Source of the DNA: an uncultured bacterium
GTDB lineage: Bacteria; Patescibacteriota; Saccharimonadia; UBA4664
Direction: 5' to 3'
NCBI GenBank assembly: GCA_963740635.1
Contig: CAVUEQ010000001.1
Span: 273,026 to 337,025, forward strand
Length of the DNA: 64,000 bases
Position numbers and translations under genes: made by a program. A model generated the notes under the pieces. That model was not told the DNA's origin. It saw only the letters and a list, made by a program, of their open reading frames with translations, and ran no database searches. This document shows, piece after piece, positions 15,716 to 24,124 of this stretch (its first letter is position 1; each line of letters begins with the position of its first letter).

Positions 15716-18182
15716 GTCGCTCGAGCGCGGCCGGCATGTCGATGCCCGGGCCGAGTACGGGCTCCCAGAGATCACCTACTTGCGCTAGGCGGTCTTTGAT
15801 ATTGAGGACCGTGAAGTCGGTAGGCTTGAGGCCCGGTTTGACCTCGTCCCATTTGAGCGGCGTGGACACCGGCATGCCCGGGCGGGGGCGCACCAAATAG
15901 ACTGAGGCTAGCGTTTGGCCGTGGCGGTTTTGGAGGTAGTCTAGGTACACGCGCTGCTGGCGCTTGGAGGGGCTGCGCTCGACGCTGGTGATTTTGGGGA
16001 CCCGGGCATTTACGAGGGTGGCGATGATGTGGGCGAAGTCGCGGACCTGGTCGTAGTTGTATTGGGCGCCCATGGGGATGTAAATGTGCATGCCGGTGGC
16101 GCCGGAGGTTTTGGGATAACTGGGGATGTTCGCGGCGTCGAGGGTTTCGTGGACGGCCTGGGCGGTTTCGATGACGGTGTCGAAGGTGACGTCTTCGGGG
16201 TCAAGGTCGATCACGCACCAATCGGGGTTTTCGAGCGAGCCGATGCGCGAATTCCAGGGGTTGAGGTCGATGCAGCCGAGGTTAATGAGGTACGCCAGGT
16301 CGCGCTCGGAATTGCAGAGCGCAAAGCGGATATCTTTGTTTTCGGAATCGGAATGGATAATCTCGGTGGGCAACCAGTCCGGGGCATGGGTGAGGTCTTT
16401 TTGGTAAAAGCTCTCGCCTTTGATGCCGTTGGGGAAGCGATTTAATGATTCGGGGCGGTCGCGCAGGTAAGGCAGGAGGGTGGGTGCGATCTGCGCGTAG
16501 TAATCGGCCAGTTGGCCCTTGGTGAAGCCGGAATCGTGCCAGAACATTTTGTCGCGGTGGGTCACCAGGTCCTGGTCCGGCGCCGGTTCCAGCTTTTTCT
16601 CGAAAAACTGCTGTTCCCGCTCGCGGCTCACGCCTGCGGCCGGCTTGTCCTCGCGCAGACCCAAAAATACGGGGTGGCGCAGGCGGCCGTCGTCGGTCCA
16701 TTCGGTGAACTGGACTTCGCATAGCAGCTCGGGGCGTACCCAGGTGACCGGTGCGTTGACCTCAATTTTTTCGGCGAATGGCGGATCTTTGGTTACGAGC
16801 GGGTCGAGCCGGGCTTTGAATGCGGCCAGGGTGGCGTCGTCGAAGCCGGTGCCGGTATGACCGATGAATCTGAATTTTTTGCCTTCGTAGAGGCCGAGCA
16901 CCAGCGCGCCAAATTCGGCGCGGGAGCCGCGTGGCTCGGTGTAACCCGCTATGACCGCTTCCTGGCGCAGATGGGTTTTGATTTTGAGCCAGGACTGCCC
17001 GCGCTTACCCGGCTGGTATGTGCTGGCGGCGTCCTTGGCCATGATGCCTTCGAGATTTTGTTGCGCTGCGGCTTTGAAGAAGGCTACGCCTTCGCGCTCG
17101 ATCGAATCGCTGAATTTCACGAACTCCCCCGATTGCGGCAGCAGGTCGCGCAGCAGCTCGCGGCGTTCGGCGAGTGGCAAGCCGGTCGTGTCGTGGCCGT
17201 CGAGCCATAGCAGGTCAAACACGTAGTAAACCAGCCTTCCCTCCCCCGTGCGCTGGTAATTTTGCAGCAGCTCGAACCGCGACCGGCCGTTTTCGTCCAC
17301 TGTCACCATTTCGCCGTCCAGAACCGCCCGGTGGCTCAGGGCCTCCAGTTCCGGGATCACCGGCTTGTAACGCTCGGTGTAATCCTGCTGGTTACGCGAT
17401 CGGAGAGTGATCTTTTTTGGCTCCACGTAAGCAATTATCCGATACCCGTCCCACTTCACCTCATACTGCCAGCCGTCGCGGTCGAAGGGCTCGTCGACTA
17501 GCGTGGCCAGCATGGGCGCAACCTCCTTGGGCATAGCCTTCTTGGGTAAATGATCGACCTCGCTGCTGTGGTCGTGCTCGGCGATTTCGCCCATGGTGCG
17601 GCCGGTTTTGGCCGATTTGTCGAGGTGCGTAATGTCCTGGTCGTTACGCGCCCACTTGTCCTTGCCGGCCTTAATCAGTAGCCAGGCGTTCTCGTCGTCG
17701 GAATGCTTTATCCTGACCAGTGCCCACTCCCCTTTCAGCTTCTGGCCTTTGAGGATGACGGTGATGTGCTCGGCATGAACCATGTGCCGCGCCTCTTTGT
17801 CTTGCTCGTCGCGGGTGAGCTCGAGGGTTTCGCCCGTTTTCTTGTCCCAGGCCACCGGTTCGTAGGTGCCTTCGTCCCAGACCATGACGGTGCCTGCGCC
17901 GTAGTTGTCTTTCGGGATGGTGCCTTCGAAATCCTTGTAATCGTAAGGGTGGTCTTCGGTCATCATGGCGAGGCGCTTGTCTTCGGGGTTCACCGACGGC
18001 CCCTTGGGCACCGCCCAGCTCTTGAGGACGCCGCCCATCTCCAGGCGGAAATCGTAATGCAATTGAGAGGCCTCATGTTTTTGGACGACGAAGCGCAGCG
18101 CCCCTTTGCCGTCGTGCGAACGGCCTTCGGGCTCAGGGGTGGAGTCGAATTTGCGTTTGGCGCCGTATTGATCGAGTGTCAT
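15708..18182 (-). CDS. ligD: multidomain ATP-dependent DNA ligase LigD (3'-phosphoesterase - ligase - polymerase/primase order)
   Basis: 824 aa. The N-terminal PE block is KRKFDSTPEP...FVVQKHEASQLHYDFRLE. The adenylation Lys is in EVKWDGYR. The C-terminal primase-polymerase block reads ...IDLDP...TSGATGMHIY. Confidence 0.9.
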   Translation of the reverse strand: MTLDQYGAKRKFDSTPEPEGRSHDGKGALRFVVQKHEASQLHYDFRLEMGGVLKSWAVPKGPSVNPEDKRLAMMTEDHPYDYKDFEGTIPKDNYGAGTVMVWDEGTYEPVAWDKKTGETLELTRDEQDKEARHMVHAEHITVILKGQKLKGEWALVRIKHSDDENAWLLIKAGKDKWARNDQDITHLDKSAKTGRTMGEIAEHDHSSEVDHLPKKAMPKEVAPMLATLVDEPFDRDGWQYEVKWDGYRIIAYVEPKKITLRSRNQQDYTERYKPVIPELEALSHRAVLDGEMVTVDENGRSRFELLQNYQRTGEGRLVYYVFDLLWLDGHDTTGLPLAERRELLRDLLPQSGEFVKFSDSIEREGVAFFKAAAQQNLEGIMAKDAASTYQPGKRGQSWLKIKTHLRQEAVIAGYTEPRGSRAEFGALVLGLYEGKKFRFIGHTGTGFDDATLAAFKARLDPLVTKDPPFAEKIEVNAPVTWVRPELLCEVQFTEWTDDGRLRHPVFLGLREDKPAAGVSREREQQFFEKKLEPAPDQDLVTHRDKMFWHDSGFTKGQLADYYAQIAPTLLPYLRDRPESLNRFPNGIKGESFYQKDLTHAPDWLPTEIIHSDSENKDIRFALCNSERDLAYLINLGCIDLNPWNSRIGSLENPDWCVIDLDPEDVTFDTVIETAQAVHETLDAANIPSYPKTSGATGMHIYIPMGAQYNYDQVRDFAHIIATLVNARVPKITSVERSPSKRQQRVYLDYLQNRHGQTLASVYLVRPRPGMPVSTPLKWDEVKPGLKPTDFTVLNIKDRLAQVGDLWEPVLGPGIDMPAALERLS

Positions 18183-18208
18183 AACGCCATTGTAGCGGGT
18201 TTAGTGCG

Positions 18209-18440
18209 CTAATCTTCGTAATGATCGGAAACGTTGATTGGCTGAAATTCGCCTCCAATCTCATACCCCAGTATCCGGTAGCGCTGGTTGAGGCGGAAAG
18301 ATCTGATAACCGGCGAAAGGTGCTTGGCCTTTTTTAGAATTTCATAATGTAGGGATGGATGCCGGTTATTGGCCTCAAACAAATCGGACCTGCTTGTCGA
18401 ACGTTTTTGTGAGCTGCAACGCCTGGAGTTTGCCAGCCAT
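18209..18440 (-). pseudogene. RelE/YafQ/YoeB-like toxin gene interrupted by a 1-nt frameshift
   Basis: Both pieces fall below the ORF-track length cutoff. ATG 18440 gives MAGKLQALQLTKTFDKQVRFV* (stop at 18375). An overlapping frame from TTG 18382 gives MFEANNRHPSLHYEILKKAKHLSPVIRSFRLNQRYRILGYEIGGEFQPINVSDHYED* (stop at 18209). The 232-nt span is not a multiple of 3. The fused product follows the ...TKTFxKQ...HPSLH...SFRxxxxYRI...H.. toxin pattern. Confidence 0.4.
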
Positions 18441-18444
18441 TTTC

Positions 18445-18687
18445 TTACTGTGGGGTTTGACTTTCATAAAGTGGGGAATCTGCCAAGCCTTCGACAATAT
18501 CATTTACTAGTTCTTCTGAATAACCTGCGCGGCGGAGCTCGGCTTCGTATTGCTCAAGGGGGGTGATAGATGGTGGAAGGTACACGAACTTGACCTCCTG
18601 GGTTTGTTCGACCTGTAATTCCTCGGACTGGTCTTTGGTCGAGGCGGTTTGCAGGACTTTCTCTGGTGTAGTGGCTGCTTTAGTCAT
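18445..18687 (-). CDS. small acidic hypothetical protein (antitoxin-like position)
   Basis: 80 aa. Its stop lies 4 nt upstream of the toxin-like ATG at 18440. It overlaps the DUF3467 gene by 8 nt. No recognisable domain. Confidence 0.45.
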   Translation of the reverse strand: MTKAATTPEKVLQTASTKDQSEELQVEQTQEVKFVYLPPSITPLEQYEAELRRAGYSEELVNDIVEGLADSPLYESQTPQ

Positions 18688-18946
18688 TGGGGTTGACCTC
18701 GTCAGCTATTTCGACAACTTCCTTTAGCTTTTTTGCGAATTCTTTGGCATGGTTACGGGAAAGGACAATGCGGCTGACCAAGGTTCCTTGCGGTGTGTCA
18801 GCTGGGTGGAAATAAACAAAGTTTAGGACAACTTCGGCAGGTGTCACGTTTATGTTAGCCATGTTGGCATATTTGCCAGCACGCAATATTTCCGGTACGT
18901 GGACCGGGATCTCGGGCGGCGTAGTTTTGGAATTGGATTGTTCCAT
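18680..18946 (-). CDS. DUF3467-like protein
   Basis: 88 aa. YANMANINVTPAEVVLNFVYFHP...LVSRIVLSRNHAKEFAKKLKEVV matches the family pattern I recall (YSNL..I.HSP.EFVLDF......V.SRI.L.P.HAKRL...L). Confidence 0.65.
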   Translation of the reverse strand: MEQSNSKTTPPEIPVHVPEILRAGKYANMANINVTPAEVVLNFVYFHPADTPQGTLVSRIVLSRNHAKEFAKKLKEVVEIADEVNPND

Positions 18947-18992
18947 GAGTAGATTGTATCTTAAGAGAGCTTAAATTTACAGTGATGTATGA

Positions 18993-19766
18993 TCATTTCT
19001 TGGTGGCTTCCAGGCTGGCTTTGAGGGCGGCCATGAGGTCTTTGGTGGCGCCCGATGAGGCGGCGGTGGAAGCTTTGGGCGCCGGCTGGCCCTTCACCTT
19101 GGCCTCAATGGTGGCTTCGAGCTCTTCGGTGTAGGTGTCGTGGAAGTCCTCGGGGATGAACGGTTCGGTGAGCTGGTCGATGAAGGTGAGCGCCATTTTG
19201 AGCTCGGAGTCCTTGATCTCGGAGTTGTCGGGCAGGTTGAGCCCGCCGGGCGAACGAAGGTCGGCCGGGTAGCGCATTTGGTTGAGCACCAGCACCCGGC
19301 CGACGGGTTTGATGACGGCCAAATGCTCGCGTTGCCGGAGCACGAAGCTGCAAACGGCGAGTTTGCCGGATTTGTTAAGCGCCTCGCGCAAGAGCGCGTA
19401 CGGTTTGTCGGCGCCCTTGCTTGGCTCTAAATAATAAGGCCGCTCGAGGTAACGCGCGTCGATTTGGTTTTCTTCGGTGAATTCCTTAATGTCGATAGTG
19501 GTGGTTTTTTTGACGTCGGCTTTTTCGAAATCCTCGTCGGTAATGATCACGAATTCGCCCTTGGCATACTCGAAGCCCTTCACGATTTCCTCGTACGGTA
19601 CCTCGATCCCCTCAACTTTACAGATTTTCGCATAACGGATCGGCGATTGATCCTTCTCGTGTAACATGCGCAGGTCGATCCCCTCCCGGTTTTCCGAGCC
19701 CGAGAAAAGTTTGACGGGAATGTTGATAAGGCCGAATGATATTGCACCGCTCCAAATCGCACGCAT
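18993..19766 (-). CDS. ku: Ku DNA end-binding protein
   Basis: Start re-assigned from TTG 19835 to ATG 19766. MRAIWSGAISFGLINIPVKLFSG is the canonical Ku N-terminus. Confidence 0.9.
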   Translation of the reverse strand: MRAIWSGAISFGLINIPVKLFSGSENREGIDLRMLHEKDQSPIRYAKICKVEGIEVPYEEIVKGFEYAKGEFVIITDEDFEKADVKKTTTIDIKEFTEENQIDARYLERPYYLEPSKGADKPYALLREALNKSGKLAVCSFVLRQREHLAVIKPVGRVLVLNQMRYPADLRSPGGLNLPDNSEIKDSELKMALTFIDQLTEPFIPEDFHDTYTEELEATIEAKVKGQPAPKASTAASSGATKDLMAALKASLEATKK

Positions 19767-19869
19767 AAGAGAATCTCCGGTTCCTGAGCCGATTATATTA
19801 TGCGCAGGCGGTGTCGGCCACTGACGAAACGCCAAGTCTTGTCAGACAGTATATGTATTATCCTCATTT

Positions 19870-19904
19870 TAGCTATCAGCTGATTACTAATCACGTGATA
19901 GCTA
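19870..19904. repeat. 35-bp near-perfect palindrome between GH16 stop and ku
   Basis: TAGCTATCAGCTGATTACTAATCACGTGATAGCTA has 9-bp outer arms plus 6-bp inner arms. It breaks symmetry only at two GC/CG dinucleotides. Confidence 0.55.
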
Positions 19905-19929
19905 ATTGTCGCGTGTGTTTCGAAGCTTC

Positions 19930-20880
19930 CTATTTGTAGATGCGGACGTAATCGACGATGAGGCTGGCCGGGAAGGAAGTGGTGGCGTCGGGGTAGCCGG
20001 GGTCATCGCCGCCGACGGCCAGGTTGAGCAGGAGGTAATACGGGCGGTTGTAGATCCAGCGGGAGCCGAGCGATGATTGGCGGACGGTTTGGTAGGCGGT
20101 GCCGTCGACCGACCAGGTGATGGCCTGGGGCGACCAGTCGACGGCGTAAACGTGGAAACTGCTCGCGGCGCCGGTGCCGGGAAGAAATTGGAGTTCGCGG
20201 GCGATGCCGCCGGCGCCGGTGAAGCCCGGGCCGTGGAGGGTACCCGAAATGATGCCGGGGTCGCGGCCGTTGTTTTCCATGATATCGATTTCGCCGGTGT
20301 CGGAGTCGTCGGCCGGCAGCATCCAGAAGGCCGGCCACAGCCCGTTGCCGGCCGGGGTCTTGAGGCGGGTCTCGATGCGGCCGTATTGGACGGCGAAGAG
20401 GCCCTGGGTCTGGAGGCGGGCCGAGGTGATGTTGCAGGGGCCGAGGGCACAAGGCCCGGGCGGTGAGGCTGGGCGGCGGGCGGTGATCACGAGGTGGCCG
20501 GCGCCGTCCTGGGCTGCGTTGGCGGTACCCGGCAGGTAGTACTCCCACTCGTCGTTGCCCCAGCCCCATCCCCCCGTGTCGGTGTTCCAGCGCGCAGGGT
20601 CAGCGGGCGTGCCGGCCGGGCCGTTAAATTCGTCGGCCCAGATGGGTTGTGGTGGGGTTGGCTGGGGCGCCGGCGCCGGGGTTGGGGTGGACGTGGGCGA
20701 TGTATCGGCTCCGAGCAGTTTGGGCTGGGCCGGCCGGGGTGAGGCCGCCAGCCCTGCAGCAGGCAGGTCTGAAGCTGTCTTGGCGGCCGGCTTGGGCGCG
20801 GGCGTGAGGGCGAATGACACGCCCGCCGCCGTCAGCAGCAGGATGGCGGCGCCTAAATACAATTGCCGGAAATTTCGCAT
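19930..20880 (-). CDS. secreted glycoside hydrolase family 16 (beta-glucanase/laminarinase-like)
   Basis: 316 aa. A signal peptide and Pro/Thr linker are followed by WADEFNG...NDEWEYY...GEIDIMEN (the ExDxxE catalytic motif). Confidence 0.85.
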   Translation of the reverse strand: MRNFRQLYLGAAILLLTAAGVSFALTPAPKPAAKTASDLPAAGLAASPRPAQPKLLGADTSPTSTPTPAPAPQPTPPQPIWADEFNGPAGTPADPARWNTDTGGWGWGNDEWEYYLPGTANAAQDGAGHLVITARRPASPPGPCALGPCNITSARLQTQGLFAVQYGRIETRLKTPAGNGLWPAFWMLPADDSDTGEIDIMENNGRDPGIISGTLHGPGFTGAGGIARELQFLPGTGAASSFHVYAVDWSPQAITWSVDGTAYQTVRQSSLGSRWIYNRPYYLLLNLAVGGDDPGYPDATTSFPASLIVDYVRIYK

Positions 20881-20977
20881 GATTCACCAGGATACTACGT
20901 CTTACCCTGGTCTGGGTAGGTATATTACGCAACTTACGGTATAGTTTGGGCGGATAAACACGGGAGTTAGTGACCGG

Positions 20978-21673
20978 ATGCTAAAGATTCAACGGCTCGA
21001 TTTGTTAGTGGCTCTATATATATTTTGCGTGATGGTGAGCGAACTGATGGGCGCGAAGACCTTCCCCTTGGGGACGGTCTTTGGGTTTAAATTGAACGCC
21101 AGTGTGGCGATTTTGGTGATCCCGCTGATGTTTACGGCGGTGGACGTGGTAGTGGAAGTGCTTGGCCGGCAGCGGGCTCGCAGTCTCGTGACGAGCGGGC
21201 TGATCGTGATTGCACTGCTGCTGCTGTATTCGCTGCTGGCGACGAGCTTGCCGCCGAGCACGCGGTTTGCCCCATCGGAGGCGGCTTACGATAAAATCTT
21301 CGAGACTTCGACGCGGTTTGCGGCCGCCAGTTTGATTGCTTTCGCGGTGTCGGAATTTTTCGACGTGGCGGTGTTTGCGCGCATGAAAGCGGCCATGAAA
21401 GGCCGGGCATTGTGGCTGCGCAACAATTTGGGGAACTTTATGTCCCAGGGTGTCGACACGGCGGTATTTATGACGCTGGCGTTTTACGCGCCGGCGGATT
21501 CTCTGGGGGCGAACGTGGGATTTTTACTCAGTATTTCGGTCCCCTACTATTTGCTGCGGTGTTTGATGTCCGTGGTAGAAACGCCGCTGGTGTACCTGGG
21601 CGTAGCGTGGCTGCGGGGAGAGAAGCCGGCGCGAACGGAGAAGGCCGGTAAATTGGCGGAGAGCGCCGCGTGA
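20978..21673 (+). CDS. yhhQ: YhhQ/VUT-family (queuosine-precursor transporter-like) membrane protein
   Basis: 231 aa and polytopic. Family-like blocks include ...FTAVDVVVEVLG.. and ..LRNNLGNFMSQGVDTAVF... Confidence 0.75.
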   Translation: MLKIQRLDLLVALYIFCVMVSELMGAKTFPLGTVFGFKLNASVAILVIPLMFTAVDVVVEVLGRQRARSLVTSGLIVIALLLLYSLLATSLPPSTRFAPSEAAYDKIFETSTRFAAASLIAFAVSEFFDVAVFARMKAAMKGRALWLRNNLGNFMSQGVDTAVFMTLAFYAPADSLGANVGFLLSISVPYYLLRCLMSVVETPLVYLGVAWLRGEKPARTEKAGKLAESAA

Positions 21674-22335
21674 AGCTGGCGGCCAACTTCGTGATGACCG
21701 TGGACGGCAAGGTCCAGGGTCCGGGCGCGGGGTACTGGCCAATTGGCTCGGAGCGGGATTTGGATCAGCTGCTGAAATTGCGCGCCGGGAGCGACGGGCT
21801 AATCCATGGCCGCATGACGGCGCTGGGACACGACCACATCGGGCGGCTGGGGTCGGCCAAATTCCAGGCGCGGCTGACGGGGCGGCGGTACCAATACGTG
21901 GTTGTGAGCGCGCACCCGGATGAGTTGCTGCTCGGCCACATCGACCCGGCCGGTGCGCCGCTGCGGGTGGTGCTGGCGACCACTGAGGACGCCGAGGTGC
22001 CGGCGGACATGCCTGCAGGCATCGAGCTGTGGCGGCTGGGCAGAGTGGAGGTGGACCTGAAGGCGTTGGCCGAGCGGCTCAAGGCCGAGGGTTGGCGCGC
22101 CGGGGCGCTGGAGGCCGGGCCGCGGCTGTTTGGCGCGTTTGTGGCTGCCGGACTCGTGGACGACTTGTACGTGACCATCGCGCCCAAGCTGTTTGGCACC
22201 TCGCTTGGCACGCCCACCATGATCAACGGCGTGCTGTTTAAGCCCGATGAAGTTCCTCGGCTGGAGCTCGTAAGCTCAAGCGCTCAGGGCGGTGAGGTTT
22301 ACTTGCACTACCGGTTTCCGGAGGCGGCCAAATGA
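21670..22335 (+). CDS. RibD C-terminal / dihydrofolate-reductase-like family reductase
   Basis: 221 aa. MKLAANFVMTVDGKV...LLKLRAGSDGLIHGRMT...EAGPRLFGAFVAAGLVDDLYVTIAPKLFG. It overlaps the upstream gene by 4 nt (GTGA). Confidence 0.7.
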   Translation: MKLAANFVMTVDGKVQGPGAGYWPIGSERDLDQLLKLRAGSDGLIHGRMTALGHDHIGRLGSAKFQARLTGRRYQYVVVSAHPDELLLGHIDPAGAPLRVVLATTEDAEVPADMPAGIELWRLGRVEVDLKALAERLKAEGWRAGALEAGPRLFGAFVAAGLVDDLYVTIAPKLFGTSLGTPTMINGVLFKPDEVPRLELVSSSAQGGEVYLHYRFPEAAK

Positions 22336-23081
22336 AACTGACCGCCATAAAAACCGACTTAATCCACGCTAATGATTTCGACTTGCTGGAATTGGTCGAC
22401 CGGTACGTCCAAGACATGCCCCGGCATTCAGTGCTGGCGATAACGTCCAAGGTAGTGTCGCTGTGCGAGGGCCGGGTGATCAAGATTGGTTCCGAGCCCA
22501 AAGAAGATATTGTGCGGCGCGAGGCGGAATATTATCTGCCGCCGGAATTTAATCCCTATGGCGTGATGGTGACGATCAACCGGGGCGTCATGATCGCCGG
22601 CGCCGGGATCGATGAATCGAACGGCGACGGAAATTACATCCTGTGGCCGAGGGATCCGCAGGCCAGCGCCAACCGGATTCGTGACCATTTGCGGAAACGG
22701 TTTGGACATGAGGTTGGGGTGCTAATTACCGACAGCCGCCTGACCCCGCTGCGCTGGGGAATTATCGGGCTTGGCTTGGCGCATAGCGGGTTTGCGGCGC
22801 TGGAAGACTATGTGGGCCAGATGGACGCGTTTGGGAATTATAAGATGAAGTACTCGTACGGCAGCGTGATAGACGGGTTGGCGGTGGCGGCAGTGTTGGA
22901 AATGGGCGAAGGGGCACAACAGACGCCGCTGGCTTTGATAGAGGATGCCGCTATGGTGCGGTTCCAGGACCGCAACCCCACGGAGGCCGAGCTCGACAAG
23001 CTGCGGATCGAGCCGGGCGAGGATTTGTTCGCCGAAATGCTGAAAAAGATTCCATGGGACAAGCGGCCGGGGAAAGACTAG
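22332..23081 (+). CDS. CofE-like gamma-glutamyl ligase family protein (F420-0:glutamate ligase fold; folate-type ligase suspected)
   Basis: 249 aa. ITSKVVSLCEGRV...AGIDESN...LITDSR..PLR.G..G..LA..G. resembles the CofE/FbiB N-domain. It overlaps the upstream gene by 4 nt (ATGA). Confidence 0.7.
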   Translation: MKLTAIKTDLIHANDFDLLELVDRYVQDMPRHSVLAITSKVVSLCEGRVIKIGSEPKEDIVRREAEYYLPPEFNPYGVMVTINRGVMIAGAGIDESNGDGNYILWPRDPQASANRIRDHLRKRFGHEVGVLITDSRLTPLRWGIIGLGLAHSGFAALEDYVGQMDAFGNYKMKYSYGSVIDGLAVAAVLEMGEGAQQTPLALIEDAAMVRFQDRNPTEAELDKLRIEPGEDLFAEMLKKIPWDKRPGKD

Positions 23082-23962
23082 AAGTCCTCGGATTGGCGCA
23101 GGGCGGCGGCGAGGGCCTGGGCTAGCTTGGGGGCTGACGGTGATTCATCGGGGCCCAGCCCGGCGCCGACCTGGCGGATCAGAAAGGCGGCGGTGGCCAG
23201 GCCCGCGACCGGGTTCGGGCGGTTCTGCAGCCAAAATGTGGTGAGGGCGCCGTAAAACAGGGCGGGTACCTTGCTCAACCGGTAATTTACGGGGGTCATG
23301 ACCAACCCGCCGCCGGCCGCCACGATGATCTCGGTGCCGTATACGGCGTAGGCGCAGGCGCCGGCGGCGGCCACGTCACGCACGATCTCGAGCTTGTTGA
23401 TGAGGCCGCCGCCCGGCCGGATGTTGATGGCCACGCCCAGCGCCCCGGCAAGCTTGAACAGCTCGGCCATGGTGAGGATCACTAGAGCCTTGGAGTTGCC
23501 GGTGACGCTCGCGACATTGTGGCGCAGGCCCGAGAGTCCCTCGTCGAACACGCTCACCGGCCGCTCCACCTCGGCAGCCAGGCGCTCGGCCAGTATGGCG
23601 GTGGCGGAATTGTTGGACAGGCTGGGCCCAATGGCCACCGCATCAGCCTCCTCACTAAGCTCGAGGATGCGCCCGAGCGCCGCGCGGTCGAGCGAGCCGG
23701 AGGCCGTGGCCGCCGCGAAGGCCACGCCGGGTGCGCCTCCTAGGAATTTGGCCAGCACATCCGGCAGCACCACGGTGCACTCCCCCACTCCGGCTGCCAG
23801 CGCGAACTGATGCACGGCCGTGGGCAGGCTGAATTCGCCTTGGTGGCCGCCGACCACCAGCAAGCGCCCGCCGGCCGCCCGCGTGACGGGCCGGTTATAC
23901 AGAACATCCGGGTAGAGCGGCTCGTCCGTTTGGCGCACAAATTGGGGCGTGGCAGGATTCAT
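23078..23962 (-). CDS. YjeF C-terminal (carbohydrate-kinase-fold, NAD(P)HX-dehydratase-like) protein, divergent
   Basis: 294 aa. The layout is LLVVGGHQGEFSLP...AIGPSLS...ILTMAELFKL. The usual GxGDxL block appears degenerate. Confidence 0.5.
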   Translation of the reverse strand: MNPATPQFVRQTDEPLYPDVLYNRPVTRAAGGRLLVVGGHQGEFSLPTAVHQFALAAGVGECTVVLPDVLAKFLGGAPGVAFAAATASGSLDRAALGRILELSEEADAVAIGPSLSNNSATAILAERLAAEVERPVSVFDEGLSGLRHNVASVTGNSKALVILTMAELFKLAGALGVAINIRPGGGLINKLEIVRDVAAAGACAYAVYGTEIIVAAGGGLVMTPVNYRLSKVPALFYGALTTFWLQNRPNPVAGLATAAFLIRQVGAGLGPDESPSAPKLAQALAAALRQSEDF

Positions 23963-24124
23963 AGCTTACAAACATACCATGCCACGGCCGTTTTGGCCTT
24001 TGCTTGGCTAATCCCACGACCGCTGAGCATTGTGATATTTTCCTAATTTAGTAAATATCTCGGACGCATACCTGTTCCGTACCGGCGTAGTATGGCACTG
24101 TTGCAACAAATTAAGGGGGTGCGC

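Noticed and set aside
20881-20977. Possible preQ1 riboswitch upstream of the yhhQ-like transporter
   Set aside because: YhhQ/QueT genes are often preQ1-controlled, but the leader shows none of the preQ1-I or preQ1-II conserved blocks that I recall. It has only a generic hairpin (CTTACCC/GGGTAGG).
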